Assembly (NCBI GenBank): GCA_964016885.1 | Contig: OZ024750.1 | Span: forward strand, 46,438,001 to 46,502,000 | Source: Eledone cirrhosa | Taxonomy: Eukaryota | Direction: 5' to 3' | DNA length: 64,000 nt | Shown here: in pieces, positions 55,905 to 64,000 of the stretch | Layout of the letters: each line of letters opens with the position of its first letter | Position numbering within the stretch: the stretch's first letter is position 1 | Notes under the pieces: model-generated | Told to the model about the DNA's origin: nothing | What the model saw: the letters and a program-made list of their open reading frames with translations, nothing else | Databases searched by the model: none | Position numbers and translations under genes: made by a program

Positions 55905-56568
55905 AAGGTTTACATATACATAAATTTATATATGTTACAACCGGTCACTTTTTAGCTCTATGAAGAATTAATAAATTAAAAACTCAGAGCAATATATTAT
56001 TATAAATCATGTCTACAGAATTATTAGATAAACAAAATATATACTCCATTTCCTCTGCCAAATAGCACAATCAACCATATAAAAAATCAATTATACTAAG
56101 GCATAAGGATATAAGCTCCTATGAAGAAATCTCCGACAAACAAACTAGAGTGGCTTCTTCGCGGTATCCACATCAGGTTATTTATCCAACATTTCGACAG
56201 CATGCATAAATCGACCAAGTACATAATTAACCATATGCAATTCGGTGTAAAATCAAACATAGAAGAACTGTGTACATACCGTAACTATATCGCAGTTCTT
56301 CTATGTTTGATTTTACACCGAATTGCATATGGTTAATTATGTACTTGGTCGATTTATGCATGCTGTCGAAATGTTGGATAAATAACCTGATGTGGATACC
56401 GCGAAGAAGCCACTCTAGTTTGTTTGTCGGAGATTTCTTCATAGGAGCTTTTATCCTTATGCCTTAGTATAATTGATTTTTTATATGGTTGATTGTGCTA
56501 TTTGGCAGAGGTAATGGAGTATATATTTTGTTTATCTAATAATTCTGTAGACATGATTTATAATAATA
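55905..56568. mobile_element. (TA)n-flanked foldback element with ~275-bp near-perfect inverted arms
   Basis: 55995-56270 is the reverse complement of 56293-56568, with a ~22-nt spacer and an ~90-nt one-sided extension at 55905-55994. Confidence 0.9.
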
Positions 56569-56573
56569 ATAAT

Positions 56574-56702
<129 letters not shown>

Positions 56703-57029
56703 AATATTCTTATAAAATATAACATATATATATATGATATAATATAATATTGTTTCTACTTTTGGCACAAGGCCGGCAATTACCTCAGTGCATTACTGGT
56801 ACTTTATTTTATCGACCCCGTAATAATGAAAGGCAAAGTTAACCTCGGCAGGATTTGAACTCAGAATGGCAAGGGTCAGATATATATATACGTGTGTATA
56901 TTTGGAGGAACTCACTGGAGGCTGGCTATATACCTGAAAACTCAATATATTGTACCAGTTTTCAAAATTGAAATCAAGTCTCTTACAGTGAATTACCATC
57001 TGATATGACTCACTTCTCATATCATTACT

Positions 57030-57430
57030 ATATTTGAGAGGGTGATGAGATCACGAATAACTCACTTTCTTGAAAATAACAATCAGCTGAAATCCAACCA
57101 ACGTTGGTTTTGTAATGGAAGTGACTGCCTAACGCTACTTCTTCCTGCATCAATTTAGTGATATTTTAAGAATTTTTGGTGCAGTCTCCAACACACATAT
57201 CATCTAACTTGATTTCAGCAAGGCCTTTTACAGGATTGATGACAACATCCTTCTGAACAAACTACCCAACATTGGTGTCTCTGGAAAGTTGCTGCAATGG
57301 ATCAAGTGTTTCATGACAAATAGAACCCAACGTATTGTAGTTGAAAGAGTGCAATCAAGCCCAGCCAAAGTCAGCAGTGACATCCCACAAGGCAACACTG
57401 TGCTGGAACCACTTCTCTTCTTTATTTATA
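57030..57430 (+). pseudogene. CR1/L2-group reverse transcriptase fragment
   Basis: LDFSKAF, KL..IGVSGKLLQWIKCFMTNRTQRIVV, IPQG, PLLFFIYI; frameshifted. Confidence 0.8.
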
Positions 57431-57436
57431 TCACAC

Positions 57437-57470
<34 letters not shown>

Positions 57471-57489
57471 GACTCTGCTGTGTGTATGT

Positions 57490-57523
<34 letters not shown>

Positions 57524-57598
57524 ATCTTAATAGCCATTTGACACATATCGCTGGTGGCTATTGTCGCAGCATCGAACACCTTACTACTACTACTACTA

Positions 57599-57652
<54 letters not shown>

Positions 57653-58162
57653 TTGTTGTGAAAGAGTCATTTCTCAATCTTGGCGCGAAACCAATTTTTT
57701 ATCCACATGACCTCTACCGACCAATCAAAATTGTTTTGACCATAATTTTTGCTGGAGCCACTTTTCTAACATTTTAACATAAAAACAGTCTTGGCGCAAA
57801 ATCAACTTTTTACATTCACATGACCTCTACCGACCAATCAAAATTGTTTTGACCACAAGCATTTTTGCAACACAAAAATAACGCTGGAGCCATTTTTTTA
57901 ACATAAAAACAGGTAGAATTCCCAAAACTAATCAGATCAGAGCAAACAGCACGGACACTCTATCTCAAAATTATTTTTGAAAAGCATTTAGAAATGCGCA
58001 ACCGGTAAAAACTTAAAAACTTTAAACCACAACTGAATACTAACCCATACAATCACTAATACTCTTTTATTCCTAATTAAACCATTTTTCAACTGTGAAC
58101 AATTTGTCAGCATTTTCTATTCCGTTTACCAATATATAATAACTTGTGTGTTACACCTCTAT

Positions 58163-58208
<46 letters not shown>

Positions 58209-58423
58209 ATAATAATAAATTTGAAGACTAAAATCCAAAGAGGGCTCGATAAGGATAAATATATATCATATATATATAAGAACCGTAGAGCAAATATTTA
58301 TTAAAATAACAGATTAAAGTTTAAGCAAAGAATCACTGCTTTCACCCTTAACGGGAACTTCAAAATATCCCGTTAAGGGTGAAAGCAGCGATTCTTTGCT
58401 TAAACTTTAATCTGTTATTTTAA

Positions 58424-58464
<41 letters not shown>

Positions 58465-58543
58465 ATGTGGGTGTATGTATGTGTGTGTGTGTTGTGTGTG
58501 TGTGTGTATATGTATGTATGTAAGCGTTGGAGGTTAAACAGTG

Positions 58544-58689
<146 letters not shown>

Positions 58690-58846
58690 CACTGTTTAAC
58701 CTCCAACGCTTACCTTACTATTTGGTTTGGTTTATGTCAGGCTTCTGCCTCGAAATGATACCATGCAACCGAGTAGAACATGCTAAACAGCATTCATATA
58801 ATAATACATATTAGTTTAGATGTTGTCATCCTGTTTCTTCTACAAC

Positions 58847-59135
58847 AACTACAACGGTACGCGATGGGGCACACCCACAGCCCCGGCGGACAGAATGGAG
58901 AAGGCGCTTCCCCGGAGGACGGCGAGGGAGACGCGCTGGAAGAGCCACTCCAACTCGTGGGGCTCACACCTGCGGCTGGACACCTCAGCGCCTATGGTGG
59001 TGAGTAAGGAGGTAGCCCTGGGGCCGAGGGCACCAGAAGTCTCCACAGCCAGGGGTACGATCCCAAACCTGTCGGAGAGCGACCGGTATTTGAGGAGTTT
59101 GGCCCCCTCAGCCCGACGTGCAGCAGAACCTGGGT
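58847..59135 (-). pseudogene. C-terminal restriction-like endonuclease end of a CRE-type non-LTR element
   Basis: KLLKY...PLAVETSGALG...LFQRVSLAVLRGSA motif in a GC-rich island. A homologous piece lies at about 39175-39236 (+). Confidence 0.7.
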
Positions 59136-59408
59136 CAGCACGCAAGCTATTCTGTCTGTGTCTGTCAGTGTCTCTGCGTGTGTGTGCGTGCGTGTGGGAG
59201 TGAGTTTTGGCACACACAGCAGTAATTCTGCGGATGGGACTGGGTTGAGTGACAACTCACGCCTAGATGGTCAGTGGGCAGCATCCAGTGGTCAGAATTA
59301 TGATGACGTCACAAACCAGTGACCAATCCAAGGACGCGCAAACAGGATGAAGGCGGATGATATAGCGTCGGAACCCTTGAGAAAGAAAAATTGCTCCGTA
59401 ATCATTAG

Positions 59409-59501
59409 ACATGTCTGAGGAACCTACGAATCCAGAGTCAGGTTGGATCCACAAACAGATCGCACCTGGAGCTGTTCGCCAGAGAAACAATTGTAATACG
59501 T
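59409..59501 (+). ncRNA. Hammerhead candidate with enlarged stem II (family D)
   Basis: ACATGT-CTGAGGA-(62 nt)-GAAA-CAATT-GTA-ATACGT. Homologues at 32046-32135 and, more degenerate, about 30475-30565. Confidence 0.55.
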
Positions 59502-59541
59502 AATAAATTGAGTTCCGATGCAACAATGATTCTTCGTTTTC

Positions 59542-59580
<39 letters not shown>

Positions 59581-59850
59581 AATATGATAATAATGGAGCT
59601 GCGGCGCTGCAAATGGGTTACATATGAAAAAGTTTGTCCTCATCAGTGGCCATCCAACCGTCGTAGGCATTTCGTCGCATTAAAGGCCATATACCTCAGG
59701 TTGGTGCGAGCAACGGCTAAAAAAAAATTCGTTGGGACACGTAAATAAAGGGGACGCTAGGATAAACAAACATTTTGTTTGTTTATCCTAGCGTCCCCTT
59801 TATTTACGTGTCCCAACGACTTTTTTTTAGCCGTTGCTCACACCAACCTG

Positions 59851-59930
<80 letters not shown>

Positions 59931-60109
59931 TCTGAAGACAGCATATATATGTGTAGGTTTGTATACTCCCTCTGATAGTTTGTAAATATTTTACATAGAT
60001 CTATATGATATACATACCAACACAAACATATATATCCTAGAAAGGATCGTAAAATGAACAATTTTTTTAATATAAATAACAGCTTCTTTGTTTTTATTCA
60101 TTATTTTTA

Positions 60110-60229
<120 letters not shown>

Positions 60230-60369
60230 AGGGCGATAGTACTGCGATCGATTCTTCCTGTATACCGTTTTCTAATTTCCTCTCTCTAAATTTTTATCTT
60301 TCACTGGAAGAAATCTGGAGAGGTATTTGCTTGAGAAACGCCGCATGTCAATCAGGTGTTACGGAACCA

Positions 60370-60439
<70 letters not shown>

Positions 60440-60517
60440 AACGAGTAGGACCCCGACGGCTGAGCTCAAGCCGTTTCGACGGCTAATTCTGGACTGAATA
60501 TATATATATATATATGC

Positions 60518-60847
60518 TTTAGGTAATTCCGAAGGAAACGCAGAGGAAAAAAGATTGCTCTATCTATAGAAGAGAGCTATTTAATTAGAAATTGAACAAC
60601 ACAAAATATAAGTAATCCATTACCAAAGGTTTCTGGGTCACAGATGAGAATAATATACGTCTGGATCGGTCGTCTGACAGAGATGTTATAGATAAAACAT
60701 AACATCTCTGTCCGACGACCAATCCAGAGGTATAATATTATCGTCGGTGATCCAGAAACCTTTGGTAATGGTGTCGTTATATTTTGTGTTGTTCAATTTC
60801 TAATTAAATAGCTCTCTTCTATACATAGAGCACTCTTATTTCCTTTG

Positions 60848-60850
<3 letters not shown>
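60518..60850. mobile_element. Family C foldback element
   Basis: Arms meet at ACAGAGATGTTAT..ATAACATCTCTGT; homologous to 32477-32695. Confidence 0.85.
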
Positions 60851-60878
<28 letters not shown>

Positions 60879-61026
60879 AGAGTGAAGAATAACATGGTTG
60901 ACAGTACTAAATAAGGATATTTATTTACAGTCTTACAATTGTTTCAATGATAGAAATGTCTATAAATTGCTAAATACTGGAGAAATTATAACTCAATTTA
61001 CAATACATCTAAATTCAATCATTTCA

Positions 61027-62205
61027 TCTAGGTAGGTTTTTCATTAGAGAAAAGGACAAGAACATGTTAAGCTGTCCACAAATGCACATGGTTGCCTAAT
61101 CAGATCACAAACTAGTCGTCTGCATAGTTAACTGTGATAGAATACAAAGACAAGGACCCGGATACTGGAAGCTGAACGTGTCGTTGCCGGCACTAAAAGC
61201 CTACAGTGAACGGATAAGTAGATTAGTTAAGCAAGAGTTGACGGGAGCCATCGTCAACAATAGATGGTGGTACTCTCTCAAGAGGACAATTAGAGTAGAA
61301 TCGATAGGGTTTATCAGAGAATTAGCTTTAGAGAAAAACAAATCAGAAACAGAACTAGTAGCCAAAAGTAGAAAGGGCGCTAAGGAGTGGCAACGCAGCT
61401 AGAGTGCTAGCATCGAGAATGTCATTGGACCAGTTCTTCGACGCCAAACACAAAGGCTGCGTAGTCAGAAGTAAATCACGTGCTCTAGGAAACGAGGGAG
61501 CAAAAGCTCTTAGCTGGTCCCAAGTAGCGGAAGGGAAATGTGGCAACAAGTCCACGATTCGGTCTTTGAAAGACCAAAACGGACGCGTGCTACTTGACAC
61601 CAGGCAGATGTGCGCGGCCTTTCAGCGGCACTTTGCGCGACTGTTTGAGCAGAACGACTGTGCACCGAACGGGGCAATGGACTTTGGTTCATACCTCAAC
61701 GGCCTACCGCGTCTCTCGAGCATTGACGCTGAGTTCTGCGAAAGAACGATCACAGCGACTGAGATACGGGACGTTCTGCGCCACTGCGGGAAACGCAAAT
61801 CACCCGGTCTAGATGGTCTACCCTATGAGTTTTACATAGGCATGCTGGACTTGTTCTCTGGCGTCCTCGAAGTCGTCTACAGCAGAATGGGACAATTCCC
61901 AGTTTTGCAGGAAAGGGCGTAGTAACGCTGATCAGGAAATACGAGAACAAGGGGAACGAAATAAACAATTTCAGGCCCATAACTCTGCTCAACACAGAGT
62001 TAAAGATTTTGGCCAAGGTGCTAGCAACGAGGCTGGCGCTTGTCGTCGAAAACCTGGTAGGGAAAGCGCAAACGTGTGCAATCCCGGCTAGGTCCATACA
62101 CGACAACCACCAACTCATGCGATACATCATAGAGAGGGTAGGGTGTAAACCGGCTTCGACCAGTCTAAGGCATTCGATAGGGTCGACCATCGATACTTGG
62201 AAGCA
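61027..62205 (+). pseudogene. Decayed fragment of a related Tx1-clade ORF2 (end of APE to start of RT)
   Basis: Peptides GPGYWKLN, GAIVNNRWW, FFDAKHKGCVVRSK, SPGLDGLPYEFY and AQTCAIPARSIHDN align with the 3245-6679 ORF. Stops and frameshifts present. Confidence 0.92.
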
Positions 62206-62309
62206 TACCATGATTTAACATGGTATGCTTGAAATATGTATAGTAAAATAGATATAGTTTTATAAATATAGTTTCCATTTGTTAATATCGTATATATATA
62301 TATATATAT

Positions 62310-62949
62310 ACGATATATTAACAAATGGAAACTATATTTATAAAACCATATTTATTTCATTATACATATTTCAAGGACACCAAGTTAAATTATGGTGTGC
62401 TTTCATCCGATTAAATATAATATAGATCAGTTTTATAAATAAATATTGACATACCCTTAAAGAATGCGACCATTTCTATTGGAAGCTCCCGGATAGTGGG
62501 GTTATAAATTTATTCATACTATTATGCAAATTAGTGTCGGATATTTTAAAATCAAGGTAGATTTTTTTCTCTTTCCTTTTTTCCATACCCCAACGGCTTA
62601 TTTTAAATCTACTGTGATTTAAAAATATCCGACACTAATTTGCATAATAGTATAAATAAATTTATAACCCCACTATCCGGGAGCTTTCAACAGAAATGGT
62701 CGCATTCTTTAAGGGTATGTCAATATTTATTTATAAAACTGATCTATATTATATTTTATCCGATGAAAGCACACCATAATTTAACTTGGTGTCCTTGAAA
62801 TATGTATAATGAAATAAATATGGTTTTATAAATATAGTTTCCATTTGTTAATATATCGTATTTTTACTACAATGATTTGTTGAGTGCTTTATATCAGTTA
62901 TAAAAATATTTGCTTGTTTTATCCCAACAATTTAAATAGAACTTCTACT
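62310..62949. mobile_element. Family A foldback element (inverted pLTR-like arms, each with a hammerhead)
   Basis: 62311-62552 is inverted against 62619-62860, plus an ~90-nt extension to 62949. (TA)n on both sides. Confidence 0.88.
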
Positions 62950-63334
62950 TTTATATATATATATATATTTCTTCGGTTGTCATTATTTTTGCTACATCGT
63001 CACAATACAAGTTAGAAATAACGAGTGAAAATGAGTTACTCTCCTTTTCTCTCCTCCATTTTCTCTCAACTTGCATTGTTCTGATTTTCCCCAAACAATC
63101 TCGAGCAAATATTTCACAATGTTTCATATAAACGATATTATTTATTGTTTGACAGATAGTGGGATTGTGAAATTGCTTTGTATTATTCAATCTAGAAATG
63201 TCTTTTTAGCAGCCATCCGTATAGAGCCATAGAATCCTGCCATATATATTTATATATATAGGAACTTTTGCTTATTTTCTACTGTATTTTAACCCATGAA
63301 AGTTTGTTGAATACATTTCTGATATAAATCACTT

Positions 63335-63657
<323 letters not shown>

Positions 63658-63701
63658 CACACATACATATATATACACACACACGCATATATACATATAT
63701 A

Positions 63702-63739
<38 letters not shown>

Positions 63740-64000
63740 GTGAATTTTTTTTTACAAAATGAAAAACATGTCGATGTCCTATACGAGTGAAAGTATTAGG
63801 AAAAAAGATGAATTCGAAAATGCAACTGGAGTCTTTTTTAAAATATTTATTTGGTTCCTTTACCGGTTTCGCAGTTCTTGTGCTTTTCAAAAGATGGAGG
63901 GTTTGTGGTTTTTCTTGCATCTGGGTGGTGTATGCGAGAAAAACCACAAACCCTCCATCTCATTTCTACTTTTGAAAAGCACAAGGACTGCCAAACCGGT

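Noticed and set aside
56121-56442. Two near-identical 71-aa ORFs on opposite strands
   Set aside because: A by-product of the palindrome; no recognisable domain.

Overview
Gene-poor, AT- and microsatellite-rich animal genomic DNA. The SINE repertoire suggests a mollusc, probably a cephalopod (inference only). I cannot support any host protein-coding exon. Recognisable elements are: a near-intact two-ORF Tx1/L1-clade LINE in a (GATA)n tract (about 3017-8722, minus) plus a decayed relative; an RT-deleted Penelope-like element (PLE) with a Naiad-type GIY-YIG endonuclease (9496-10905); an internally deleted R4/Dong-like LINE in (CATA)n; RTE, CR1, CRE and Tc1/mariner remnants; many tRNA-derived SINEs; and four minisatellite arrays. 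The most striking unannotated signal is a set of short non-coding elements that sit between (TA)n arrays. Many are folded back into asymmetric palindromes, and many carry type I hammerhead ribozyme motifs. I count five clean motifs and about ten variant or partial ones, from several unrelated families, some with a greatly enlarged stem II. They look like a (TA)n-targeted, ribozyme-bearing population of non-autonomous PLE or retrozyme-like elements. All structures were read by eye; no folding or database search was run.
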